DNA of 64,000 nt. Origin: Octopus sinensis. Its lineage: Eukaryota. Below, one piece after another: positions 38,624 to 51,200 of the stretch. The first letter of the stretch is position 1, and every line of letters starts with the position of its first letter. The stretch is from positions 64,232,001 through 64,296,000 of the forward strand of contig NC_042999.1 in NCBI RefSeq assembly GCF_006345805.1. Reading direction: 5' to 3'. Under the pieces are notes generated by a model. The model was given only the letters and a program-made list of their open reading frames with translations, did no database searches and was not told the origin of the DNA. The translations under genes and the position numbers were made by a program.

Positions 38624-39433
38624 ATTTTTCTAACTTATCACAGGTGAAATATTTTCTGGTGAGAAAATCTAGAGCCTGGTACACACGCACACACATGTAT
38701 GCTTCCATTTCGGTTCAGATATGTGATGTTCATAAGCCACAAAAATGGGGAAACATCGATGTTCATCGCTCCTGAACGGGATTTGAGGCGAGTTGTCTCG
38801 TCTGCCTATAACTTTCGTGTATTCTAACACCTGACTTTTTGAGAGAGAGTCATCCACACCGCACCATATCCCTGCCTACCCACGAAACTAGCAAAGCACA
38901 TACATTGAGTATGTGTTCAATAATGTTTATAACGTGTGTGTGTGTGTGTGTGTACGTTGGCTAGTCAAATATCAAATCTTCCATCGGAGAAAAACGTTAC
39001 TTGTAATAAACCATCGTCCAATCTAAGGATAGACATTTATTTCTCATTTTCCTATGATTTAAAATCAGATATAAGCACCAATCATATTTGGTTTTGTGGT
39101 TTTAAAACAAATTAGCTAAACACACGTTACAGAACATATTGTTCTCCAGAGAGTGTCAAAGAATATTTTGTGAGTTATTTATACGTCTTTATTCTGTATC
39201 GTATGTTGTACACGGTTAGAGGTTTACAGTGGGTTAATCACGAGTTTCTACATCGTACGATAGCGAGAGCGACAAAGGAAAGCCTGTGCTACTTGGGCGG
39301 AAGAAATACTACATAAGGTACTTTATATTCGAAAGCACCGGTTTTTCGGTAATCTCGCTAAACTCATATACAACGGATTTCCACAAAATTCCTACCATTG
39401 AAATTTCACTTCGCTTCCAGAACATTGGCTGGC

Positions 39434-40296
39434 ACGGATCTTTTCCTTTTGAACGGCACATGTCAGCACAATTTCTAGTTAACTAAACACTTTTAAACTT
39501 CGTATACTGGTAGAATGTGTTTATAAAACATCATTTTTTCTTGGCTTTATTGAGAAAATTCTATATGTTGTAACATATTCCCACTTTAATTTCAAGCATT
39601 TCAGCAATTTTAACCAATCGCTGACCTCCATTTGGGGTGAAAATATACCGTGCTGTACGAATATGTCCCTCGTTTAAGAAACAGATTGGGTTTATTTACA
39701 TTTGCGAATAAAAAAAGATACCCTTCCCCCACCCCTAACCCTAAATCTAAAATAGATTTGATTTTGATTTTTCCAGTTTCAGCTTATGAGCTGTGGCCAT
39801 GCTGGGGCACCGCCATTGAAATGCAATAGATCAATACTAGGGTTATAATTATGGGTGACAATTTCATACGACACCGCTACGGAAAATGGGATTTTTTCTA
39901 GTGGTGTCAAATGAAAATGTCAACCATAATTATAACCCTAGTATCGATCTATTGCATTTCAATCTATTTTAGATTTAGGGTTAGAGTTAGGGTTAGGGGT
40001 GGGGGAAGGGTATCTTTTTTTATTCGCAAATGTAAATAAACCCAATCTGTTTCTTAAACGAGGGACATATTCATACAGCACGGAATGTTTTCACCCCAAA
40101 TGGAAGTCAGCGATTGGTTAAAATTGCCGAAATGCTCGAAATTTCAGACGAAATATCTTACAAACTATAGAATTTTCTTAATAAAGCCAAGAAAAATGAT
40201 GTTTTATAAACACATTCTACCAGTATACGAAGTTTAAAAGTGTTTAGTTAACTAGAAATTGTGTTGACATGTGCCGTTCAAAAGGAAAAGATCCGT
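39434..40296. mobile_element. Large fold-back palindrome (~400-bp arms, ~19-bp spacer)
   Basis: 39434-39879 is the reverse complement of 39899-40296. The left arm carries a ~55-bp CR1-type tail insertion (~39760-39818). The right arm ends at the Merlin MITE. Confidence 0.85.
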
Positions 40297-40297
40297 T

Positions 40298-40548
40298 GGC
40301 ACTACTACCGCACACGCGCAGTTGCGCATCCGCGCTAGCTAGTCGTAAGTAGTCGATGCTACAACGACTACCTAGCAAAGTAAATAAAACACAAAATAAA
40401 TAAGTTTTTTACACAAAGTAAATAATTTTTTAAACTAAGTAAATAACACACAAAAGCACAAAGTAAGGATCAACTAGCCATGACTAGCTAGCGCGGATGC
40501 GCGACTACGCGAGCGCGCGCACTGGGACCACTGTTTGCTAGTAGTACC
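40298..40548. mobile_element. Merlin-derived MITE (~250 bp)
   Basis: Right end GACCACTGTTTGCTAGTAGTACC closely matches the TIR of the adjacent Merlin. Left TIR partly deleted. Shared subterminal CTAGCTAGTCGTAAGTAGTCG. Confidence 0.75.
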
Positions 40549-40593
40549 CATTAGTTAATTTAAAACTATTATAAATGAGATTTGAGATACCGG

Positions 40594-41634
40594 GGTACTA
40601 CTAGCGAACAGTGGTCCAGGTGCGCGCACACGCGCAGTCGCGCTAGCTAGTCGTAAGTAGTCGCGCATGCGCGATTAAAACACAAAGTAAATAATTTTAT
40701 AAACTAAATAAGTAAATTATTTTTTATAAACAAACTGTTTTTTTTTTTAAATGTATATAATTTTTTTTACACAAATTAAATAATATTTTTCGAACAAAGT
40801 ATGCAAATAGCAAATAAAGAATTGAATATCTCACAGTTCTTGCAATTCGTTCGAAAATGCCACCAAACAATAAAAGAAAATGTTGAAGTTCATTTGATTT
40901 ACCTGAATGTGAACCATTCTGAAAGGTGCTTCAGAATGTTTTCAAAACATTACTTCCCACTTTTCCGTATTCTTCTCTCCAAAGAAATTCATCCAGGTAC
41001 GATTCCACCATGTTCGTGTGTACCCCCATCATAGTCTTGAAACGTCTTTTTGCATTCTTCCAATAACATTCCACAGAATTTGTGTGTACATTTGTTTTGG
41101 GATCTACGAAATTTTCCGAATGGTTCACTTTGAAATGGGTGTATTTTGGTGTCACATCCATTTCATTAATACCATTATACGCACCCCAACAATCGGAATA
41201 TATAGTCGTACCTGGTTTTATGAATTTTTTGATAAGGGGCAAAAGGTTTTCCAGAGGAACGGTCAGGTACGAAGACTAGAAACCCTTTCTTGTCTTCTCT
41301 ATCCCATCCTCCAAAAACCCACCTCTCCTGTGGCATTCTACCTCTGTTGTATTTTCGTTTGCACATCATAGATTCATCTATTTCTACGATGTGCCCAAGT
41401 CCACCAATTTGGTATGGGTTATGTACAAGATAATTGCTTGTAATGTCCCTTTCTGGCAATGTAAACATCGGGGAATAACACTGTTCGAAACTTTCTTCTC
41501 CTTCAGAAACGAATACGCCGCATGTGCGATACAAACATGTATCGTGCATGGGCGAATCTATTCATTTGCATACGCGCAAGTCGTTGTAGGATGCGCGACT
41601 GCGCGTACCGAGACCGCTGTTTGCTAGTAGTACC
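40594..41634 (-). mobile_element. Merlin (IS1595/IS1016-like) DNA transposon, deleted and frameshifted, with 9-bp TSD
   Basis: TIRs GGTACTACTAGC(G/A)AACAG(T/C)GGTC. TSD AGATACCGG at 40585-40593 and 41635-41643. Motifs VEIDES, KRKYNRGR, WVFGG, IYSDCWGAY, VNHS and HTNSVECYW. Confidence 0.95.
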
Positions 41635-42134
41635 AGATACCGGTACGGGGCGAGATCGAACCCGGAACCATATGGCTGCGAAGCGAACTTTCTAACCATA
41701 TAGTCATGCTTGCGCAGAGTGTGAATTAGATCAGTCTGGGGCTTAATGGTTGGTAAGTTACATAGTGTCGAATAGTTTGCAGATGTTCAATGCCGTAATA
41801 CTGCTTTCGGTGAGGCGTTGTATTATTAACAGCGGTTTGTGGAATGGTATTTAGATGAACAAGTCTATAGCTGAAGAATTAACAACATCATGATGATACA
41901 GCTGTTAAATGTCAGTCAACTTTGGCTGTGACACTGGAGTTGTTTGTAAGGGGAAAAAAACCTTGTGAAAATATATAAACTAACAGAACAACAGGAGGTA
42001 TTGGGAGTTTACGATGATAATTTGAAGATATTTCAGTTTTAAAAAATTCCCAATGTTTATGTTTATCTGACATAAAGAACTTAAGGACAACTTGAACGTA
42101 GGTTTAATTCTGGGTATTTCTACGTAATTATATA

Positions 42135-43130
42135 TCTTTTACTTGTTACAGTCATTAGACTGCGGCCATGCTGGAACACGGCCTTCAAGAATTTTAGTCG
42201 AACGAATCGCCCCTAGTGCTTATTAGTTTTTTTTTTAAGCCTCGTACTTATTCTATCGGTTTCTGTTGCTCAACCGCTAAGATACGGGGACGTAAGCACA
42301 CGAACAACGATTATGAAGTGGTAGTGGGTAGGAAATAAGCACACGCGCGTGCGTGACGGGCTTCTTTCAGTTTTCGTTGATCAAATCCATTCACAAAGCT
42401 ATGGTCGACCAGAAGTTATAGTAGAGGACACGTGCCAAAAGCGGCGAGCTGGCAGAAACTAGCATGCTGGGCGAAATGCTAAATCCATCTTTACATTGAG
42501 TTCAAATTCTGCCATGGTTGACTTGACCGTTCATCCTTTCAGGATCAATAAAATAATTAACAATTAAGCACTGGGGATTGATGTAACTGACATACACCCT
42601 GCTCTGAAATTGCTGGCCTTGCACCAAAATTTGAAACCAATATTAAAATAACAAAATAGTTACCTGATTAAATTACCTTAATATTTGTTGCTTTCGTTAA
42701 TTACTACATGAATCAATTACCTCTCCGTTCGTTAATTATCATAACTCTCGTTACATACCAAAGACGTTACTTGTTTCAGTCATTTTGACTGCGGCCATGC
42801 TGGAGCACTGCCTTTAGTCGAGCAAATCGACCCCAGGACTTATTCTATCGGTCTCTTTTGCCGAACCGCTAAGTTATGGGGACGTAAACACACCAGCATC
42901 AGTTGTCAAGCGATGTTGGTGGGGACAAACACAGATACACAAACACATAGATATATGCAAATACATATATACAACGGGCTTCTTTCAGTTTCCGTCCACC
43001 AAATCCACTCACAAGGCTTTGGTCGGCCCGAGGCTGTAGTAGAAGACACTTGCCCAAGGTGCCACGCAGTGGGACTGAACCCAAAACCATGTGGTTGGTA
43101 AGCAAGCTACTTACCACACAGCCACTCCTG
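42135..43130. mobile_element. SINE cluster: family B (-) 42135-42430 and 42768-43130; family A (+) ~42440-42640
   Basis: Motif matches to the copies above. Confidence 0.7.
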
Positions 43131-43152
43131 GTTAACTTGCATACATTAATTA

Positions 43153-43364
43153 CGAGAGGGTGTTAAAAAGTCCCTGGCTTTAAGTGTATCGCAAACAGTC
43201 TGGTTGGAAACCCAGCTTCTGACTTCTTTTACAGGGCTTAGAAAAACTGAAGGACTGTTGCAATAAGTAAATGTGAGAGGGGAATATATTGAATAAAATC
43301 ATAATTAACTGATCTTCCTATATTTTCTTTTCCCCCAAAGTTAGGAACTTTCAGCACCCTCTCG
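43153..43364. mobile_element. Mariner-type MITE (212 bp)
   Basis: TIRs CGAGAGGGTGTTAAAAAGTCCC / CGAGAGGGTGCTGAAAGTTCC with TA on both sides. Confidence 0.85.
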
Positions 43365-43479
43365 TAGATGACACTGATTACCTAACATGGATTAACCTTT
43401 TGTTACCATATTTCTGTTGAAATGCACAGCCCTTGTTTCAATTAATTTAAAAAATAATGAAGATTTTAGGAAATAATTT

Positions 43480-44120
43480 TCTCAGCATGTAAAAAGCGCC
43501 AACCGATCGCGGCCACTGCCAGCCTCCCCTGGCACCTGTGCCGGTGACACGTAAAAAGCACCCACTACACTCACGGAGTGGTTGGCGTTAGGTAGGCCAT
43601 CTAGCTGTAGAAACACTGTCAGATCAGAATGGAGCCCAGTGCAGCCTCCTGGCTTCCCAGACCCCGGTCGAACCGTCCAACCCCTGCTAGCATGGAAATC
43701 GGACGTTAAACGATGATGATGATGATTACTTAAAGAAGTGCTGAGCTGTAATTGTGAAGGATACCTATGGAAGTGGTAGACCCAGGAAGATGTGGGACAA
43801 AGTGGTGAGAAGGGATTTTCACTGGGCCTCATCGAGATAATGACACAGGAGCAGGAGGTGTGACAATTTACTGTGCTTGATAAAACACATCAAGCTAAGT
43901 AAAATCGCCATATTCCACATATACAGGTTTGTCCTTTCATGTGCTGGTGCCACATAGAAAGCACCAATGCCACTGCTAAGTGGTTGGCATTAGGAAGCGC
44001 ATCCAGTTGTAGAAACCATGCCTCAACAGCTCCCTGCTAGCCAGTTACATGTCAAACCGTCCAACCCATGCCAGAATGGAAAAAAGATGTTAAACGATGA
44101 TGATGATGATGATGATGATG
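43480..44120 (+). mobile_element. Two 5'-truncated RTE 3' ends
   Basis: Match the 3' UTR of the RTE (51900-52168) and its ORF end (GRPRKMWD), with (GAT)n tails. Confidence 0.75.
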
Positions 44121-44335
44121 ATTACTAAGCTGGTGTTAAGAGAAAAAGTTAAACTTTTGATGGAAGATTTCATTTCGATCTCTTTGTATAAAAAAAAAAA
44201 AAAAAAAAAAAAGCAACCTCAAGCAGGTCAGCATCAAAAGGATTAACTAACCACACGACCATGGTTAACTGATGCAAAACAATAATAAATAATTGGGACA
44301 CATTTGCTTAATTAAAACTTCAGTAATTAAATTGA

Positions 44336-44341
44336 TTTATT
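44336..44341 (-). terminator. Candidate MED12 polyadenylation signal
   Basis: AATAAA on the minus strand about 515 nt after the stop. Not verified. Confidence 0.25.
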
Positions 44342-44448
44342 TCGTAAGTAAACTACCAGGCTCAGTTCAACAAACACCAGTAATCAGGCAACTCAGTCAG
44401 TTTTTATGTACGTATGAATATATATATATAAAATGTATGTGGTGTGTA

Positions 44449-44536
<88 letters not shown>

Positions 44537-44856
44537 TGCATGCATGCATGATGTTCATGTTTTGTAAGAAACTTCAGCTTCTTGAATTGTGCACTTTCTA
44601 AGTATTATGTTTCTTTCCAATGATTCAAAAGTATGAACAACTGAAAATGTAAGCTTTATAGTTACAATTCACGAAATATCAGTTTCTAATACAATATATA
44701 TATATACTCTATGTATTGAGTACATTTTCCCTCTTTGTAAACACAAACACATATATACAGGCATGTGTGTGTCTGCGTATAAGTGCGTGTTTGTGCATGC
44801 ATGTTGTTTTATGTAGATATGAAGACACTTGTATGTGTGTATGAATGCACCTATTT

Positions 44857-45007
44857 TCAATACTGTGATGGTTGATAGTTGTTGTATTGTGGGCCAGGGG
44901 GCCCCAACTGTCTATGTAACTGGGCCACAAGCTGTTGCTGTGTGGTGGGCTGTATCTGAGAGTTTGGCATGACCAGCATGCGTTGTGGTGGTTGTGGGGC
45001 TGGTTGT

Positions 45008-45045
<38 letters not shown>

Positions 45046-45277
45046 TTGTTGCTGTTGGTGTTGCTGCTGCTGTTGTTGTTGTTGCTGTTGTAGTAACTGT
45101 TGCTGTTGTTGCTGCTGCTGCTGTTGTTGCTGCTGCTGAGCTGGTGGTGGCATACCTTGCATGTAAGCATGACTCTGCTGTGGTGGTCCCGTTGGACCAA
45201 GCTGACTATAGTTTGATATGGAACCCATTGAGTTGGTGTGTCTCTGCAGACTACTTGGCGTCATTTGAGGAGGGAGT
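44857..45277 (-). CDS. MED12: MED12 last coding exon (polyQ/OPA region, ends PSQY*)
   Basis: Acceptor TTTTCAG, phase 2 matching the upstream donor. Encodes Q14-LL-Q10-H-Q18. Stop TGA at 44859-44857. Confidence 0.85.
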
Positions 45278-45692
45278 CTGAAAAGCAAAATAGATTCATA
45301 TAATCAGTAATTTTAATAATTTCTTACATTGATACAAGCTCACAAATTTGGCATATATTTCTATCTTTATATATATATCTTTATACTTCCGACATATGTT
45401 TCAAAGAAAACATTGATATTATTCCGGAGGGAATAAAATAATGTAAAACAATGCAGTCATCTCATCAGGGAAATAAAGAAAAACAAAACACATCAATAAA
45501 CCATTTTAACCAAATGTGATTACTGCATATATGATGAAGGGGAACGCTTGCAAGTAATTTTTTTAAAAATCATTAATAGAATCGACTAAAAAAAGATTCA
45601 AGGTGGTGCCCCAGCATGGCCACAGTCTAATGACTGAAACAAGTAAAAGATATGTATTTATGTATGTGTGTGTATATATATATATATATATG

Positions 45693-48101
45693 TGTCTGTC
45701 ATGCATTTTAAATTCCTCCTTTAATTTCAGTGTCATCCCGTTGTTATTCCATCCCCAGAATTCACTACAATATTCTCCCTCTCTCCTATTTATATTATGT
45801 TTTAATCGAACCCCGAAGTTTCTAGATGTTCAGTAATCTCTGTCGCAGAAAATTCCCTACGTATTAACTTAAAACCTGTTGTTCAAAGATACCCTAAATT
45901 CCCTACGAAATATTTTCTCTCTCTCTTATTTATATTACATTCTTCTCGAACCCCGAAGTTTCTAGATGTTCAGTAATTTCTGTCGCAGAAAATTCCCTAC
46001 GTATTAACTTAAAACCTGTTGTTCAAAGATACCCTAAATTCCCTATGAAATATTTTCACTCTCTCTTATTTATATTACATTCTTCTCGAACCCCGAAGTT
46101 TCTAGATGTTCAGTAATTTCTGTTGCAGAAAATTCCTTACGAATTAAACATGTTGTCCCTTAGCTCTCTCTCTCTCTCTTCCTTCCCCCCTCTCTCTTCC
46201 TCATGCTTCCACCTGATAATCCCCCCCCATCCCTAACTCTTTATAAAGCAGTGTTCGATTTATCTCGTCCCTCTTCTCGATTCTACATCTTGCTGACAAA
46301 ACTGACTCGAAAAATGACCAGCTAAGCGAATTTAACTTACAACCTGTCATTCATATTCATTTTTTAAGCGTTGATTCGTAACCCTAAATCCCGTTTCTCT
46401 ATTATTTGTTTCGCCATCTTGTATGCATGGCTTCCTGTCTGTCATGCATTTTAAATTCCTCCTTTAATTTCAGTGTCATCCGTTGTTATTCCATCCCCAG
46501 AATTCACTACAATATTCTCCTCTCTCCTATTTATATTATGTTTTAATCGAACCCCGAAGTTTCTAGATGTTCAGTAATCTCTGTCGCAGAAAATTCCCTA
46601 CGTATTAACTTAAAACCTGTTGTTCAAGATACCCTAAATTCCCTACGAAAATTTTCTCTCTCTCTTATTTATATTACATTCTTCTCGAACCCCGAAGTTT
46701 CTAGATGTTCAGTAATTTCTGTCGCAGAAAATTCCCTACGTATTAACTTAAAACCTGTTGTTCAAAGATACCCTAAATTCCCTACGAAATATTTTCTCTC
46801 TCTCTTATTTATATTACATTCTTCTCGAACCCCGAAGTTTCTAGATGTTCAGTAATTTCTGTTGCAGAAAATTCCTTACGAATTAAACATGTTGTCCCTT
46901 AGCTCTCTCTCTCTCTCTTCCTTCCCCCCTCTCTCTTTCCTCATAATCCCCCCCCAATCCCTAACTCTTTATAAAGCAGTGTTCGATTTATCTCGTCCCT
47001 CTTCTCGATTCTACATCTTGCTGACAAAACACTGACTCGAAAAATGACCAGCTAAGCGAATTTAACTTACAACCTGTCATTCATATTCATTTTTTAAGCG
47101 TTGATTCGTAACCCTAAATCCCGTTTCTCTATTATTTGTTTCGCCATCTTGTATGCATGGCTTCCTGTCTGTCATGCATTTTAAATTCCTCCTTTAATTT
47201 CAGTGTCATCCCGTTGTTATTCCATCCCCAGAATTCACTACAATATTCTCCCTCTCTCCTATTTATATTATGTTTTAATCGAACCCCGAAGTTTCTAGAT
47301 GTTCAGTAATCTCTGTCGCAGAAAATTCCCTACGTATTAACTTAAAACCTGTTGTTCAAAGATACCCTAAATTCCCTACGAAATATTTTCTCTCTCTCTT
47401 ATTTATATTACATTCTTCTCGAACCCCGAAGTTCTAGATGTTCAGTAATTTCTGTCGCAGAAAATTCCCTACGTATTAACTTAAAACTGTGTTCAAAGAT
47501 ACCCTAAATTCCCTACGAAATATTTTCTCTCTCTCTTATTTATATTACATTCTTCTCGAACCCCGAAGTTTCTAGATGTTCAGTAATTTCTGTTGCAGAA
47601 AATTCCTTACGAATTAAACATGTTGTCCCTTAGCTCTCTCTCTCTCTCTTCCTTCCCCCCTCTCTCTTTCCTCATGCTTCCACCTGATAATCCCCCCCCA
47701 ATCCCTAACTCTTTATAAAGCAGTGTTCGATTTATCTCGTCCCTCTTCTCGATTCTACATCTTGCTGACAAAACACTGACTCGAAAAATGACCAGCTAAG
47801 CGAATTTAACTTACAACCTGTCATTCATATTCATTTTTTAAGCGTTGATTCGTAACCCTCAATCCCGTTTCTCTATTATTTGTTTCGCCATCTTGTATGC
47901 ATGGCTTCCTGTCTGTCATGCATTTTAAATTCCTCCTTTAATTTCAGTGTCATCCCGTTGTTATTCCATCCCCAGAATTCACTACAATATTCTCCCTCTC
48001 TCCTATTTATATTATGTTTTAATCGAACCCCGAAGTTTCTAGATGTTCAGTAATCTCTGTCGCAGAAAATTCCCTACGTATTAACTTAAAACCTGTTGTT
48101 C
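45693..48101 (+). repeat. Higher-order tandem array: ~3.25 x ~740-bp units, each containing about 2.5 x 140-bp sub-repeats
   Basis: Units start TGTCTGTCATGC at 45693, 46436, 47166 and 47910. Sub-repeat GAACCCCGAAG at 45808, 45948 and 46088. Abuts the RTE 5' end. Confidence 0.93.
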
Positions 48102-48112
48102 CTTGGAGGTGA

Positions 48113-48147
48113 CCCCGCCCTCCCACCCCTCTACCAGAACCGGAAGT
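48113..48147 (+). promoter_or_regulatory. Candidate internal Pol II promoter motifs of the RTE
   Basis: GC box CCCCGCCC (48113-48120) and ETS motif ACCGGAAGT (48139-48147). Function is inferred. Confidence 0.3.
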
Positions 48148-48258
48148 TTCTGTTTTCTATCTTTCTTGACCCCCCCCCGCACCCCTATGTAGGGTTTATT
48201 GTGATCATATAGCGCAAAAACTTTGAAATTTATGCAGGTTGTAGTCTAGAGTCTCAGT

Positions 48259-51200
48259 ATGATATCTGGCAAATGCAAGCTTTCTTTTCAGGTACAGAAC
48301 ACTGCGGCCCCTCATCCCAGGGTCTCAGAGGCCCACACCTCCCACACCCTCAGGGTAGGCACCCTCAACGTTGGCACATTGAAAGGTAGGTCTGGCGAGA
48401 TAGTCGAGATGCTTGAACGGAGACGTGTTGATGTATGTTGTATGCAAGAAATAAGGTGGAGAGGAGGATCTGCTAGGGTCCTCACAGGCAAGGGACACAG
48501 GTACAAGATTTTCTGGGCAGGGAACACTGACGGGGTTGGTGGCGTGGGTATAATTATCGCTGAGAAATGGATAGATAGAGTAATTGAGGTAATCAGAGTA
48601 AGTGACAGAATACTTAAGATTAGAATAGTGCTTCATAATAGATTAGCAACCATTATATCGGCCTATGCCCTTCAGCCAGGGCTACCCGATGGACAGAAAG
48701 ACAGTTTCTATGACACCCTACTGCAGACCACCTCATCGACGAACGACAGGGACCTTCTCTTTGTGGCTGGTGATTTCAATGGGCATGTTGGACGACATGC
48801 TGGGGGCTTCCATGGCGTACATGGAGGCTACGGTTATGGTTCCCGCAACGAGGAGGGAACCAGGCTGCTGGAGTTCTGCGATGCGAATAGTCTTATGGTC
48901 TGCAACACTAACTTCAGGAAACCAACAAGCCACCTGGTCACCTACCGATCGGGCCGGCATACTAGCCAAATCGACTACATCCTTGCCAGAAAAAGGGAAA
49001 GATGGCTGCTTAAAAATGCCAAAACCTTCCCAGGCGAAGAATGCACCCCACAACATAGACTGGTAGTTAGTGACTTTAGGATCAGGACTAAGAGGGCGAC
49101 TAGAAGACGACCAACATGGAGAAGAAGGGTCTGGAAGCTTAAAGCCCCTGCGAATGGACAGAGATTTAGAGATATGTTACTTGAAGCCTTTGACGAAGTG
49201 GAAGGGGGTATAGCTACACATGGGGTAGAAGACAACTGGACGTTTCTGAGGGACAACCTGCTGAAAGCCGCTGACCAGATCTGTGGCTGGAACAATATTG
49301 TTGACAGGGCTATTAGACAAAAGAAACAGGCTTGGAAGGCCTGGAAGAACGGTGGTAGCAGGGAAGGGTATCAGACTGCCAGAAGGGAAGCTAGGAGACA
49401 GGTCTATCTAGCCAGAGGGGAAGCAGATAAGAGAAAATTTGCCAATGTCCTGCGCCGTGAGGATGAAAGACTTGAGGTATTTCGTGTTGCAAGACAGTGT
49501 GTGAGAGAGAATCGTGATGTGGTAGGAGAGAAATGTGTTCGCATGGAGGATGGTTCACTTGCGCTAAATGAGGATGCAAAGAGAGAAGCTTGGAGACGCC
49601 ACTATGAAAGGTTACTGAATGAGGAAAATGAATGGGATAAAGAGAGTCTGCCGAATGTTGACCCTACAGAGGGACCAGCTATCCGAGTTGATAGTTCCGT
49701 GGTAGCTAAGGCAATTAGAAGCATGAAGACAGGGAAAGCCCCAGGCCCATCAGGAATTACTGCAGAGATGCTCAAAATATCTGGCAGTGTCGGCTATAAC
49801 CTAGTCACCCGTATAGTCAACCAGGTGATACACGAAGGAGTCATACCCAATGACTGGTGCAGCAGCATACTAGTCAACTGCTACAAAGGTAAAGGTGATG
49901 CCCTAGATACAAATAATTACAGAGGTATCAAGCTGTTGGATCAAGTAATGAAGGTTACGGAGAGGGTCATAGCCCAACTAATTAGAGAGAGAGTTAGTTT
50001 AGATGAGATGCAGTTTGGGTTCGTGCCAGGAAAAAGTACCACTGATGCTATATTCCTGGTAAGGCAGCTGCAGGAGAAATACCTAGCCAAAGATAAGCCC
50101 CTGTACCTGGCTTTCGTTGACATGGAGAAAGCTTTTGATAGGGTCCCCCGATCCCTTATCTGGTGGTCAATGAGGAAACTAGGGATAGATGAATGGCTGG
50201 TGAGGACTGTGCAAGCCATGTACAGAGATGCCGTAAGTAAGGTTAGGGTTGGCAACATGTACACAGAAGAATTCAAAGTAGAGGTTGGGGTCCACCAGGG
50301 TTCAGTACTCAGCCCCCTCCTATTTATCATAGTACTCCAGGCAATTACGGAGGAATTCAAGACAGGCTGTCCCTGGGAGCTCCTCTACGCTGACGACCTT
50401 GCTCTTATTGCTGAGTCACTATCAGAACTGGAGGAGAAGTTCCAGGTGTGGAAGGAGGGTTTAGAATCAAGGGGCCTTAGAGTCAACCTAGCTAAAACCA
50501 AAGTACTAATAAGTAGAAAGGTAGACAATCCACAAATATCTTCAGGAAGATGGCCCTGCTCGATCTGTAGAAAAGGTGTAGGTAGAAACTCTATAAGATG
50601 TACCCAGTGTAAGCTATGGACACATAAGAGGTGCAGCAATGTCAAAGGTAGGCTAACTGGGAAGATAGTTTTTGTATGTGGCAGATGCTCGGGAGCATTA
50701 ACCTCCGAAAATCTGCAGAAAACAACTTCCGTCACTTTCCAGGGGGAAAAACTAGAAGTAGTTGATAGCTTCCGTTATCTAGGTGACCAAGTCAGTAGTG
50801 GGGGTGGGTGCGCTGAAAGTGTAACTGCTAGAATAAGAATAGCCTGGGCAAAGTTTAGGGAGCTCTTACCTCTGCTGGTGACTAAAGGCCTCTCGCTCAG
50901 AGTAAAAGGCAGACTGTATGATGCGTGTGTACGAACAGCCATGCTACATGGCAGCGAAACATGGGCTGTGACTGCTGAGGACATGCGTAAGCTCGTGAGG
51001 AATGAAGCCAGTATGCTCCGATGGATGTGTAATGTCAGTGTACATACTCGACAGAGCGTTAGCACCTTGAGAGAAATGTTGTACCTAAGAAGCATCAGTT
51101 GTGGTGTGCAAGAGAGACGATTGCGCTGGTATGGTCATGTGGCGAGAATGGATGAAGATAGGTGTGTGAGAAAGTGCCAATCCCTAGCAGTTGAGGGAAC

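Noticed and set aside
44186-44212. A-run as a MED12 poly(A) or processed-pseudogene tail
   Set aside because: It is on the wrong strand for MED12, and the gene has introns.
44709-45281. Alternate-frame polyN/S and polyV/A ORFs over the MED12 last exon
   Set aside because: They are other frames of the CAA/CAG tract. Only the polyQ frame fits the splice phase.
45693-48101. CRISPR-like array (also the 37-bp and 30-bp minisatellites)
   Set aside because: No unique spacers between repeats, eukaryotic context and no cas genes.
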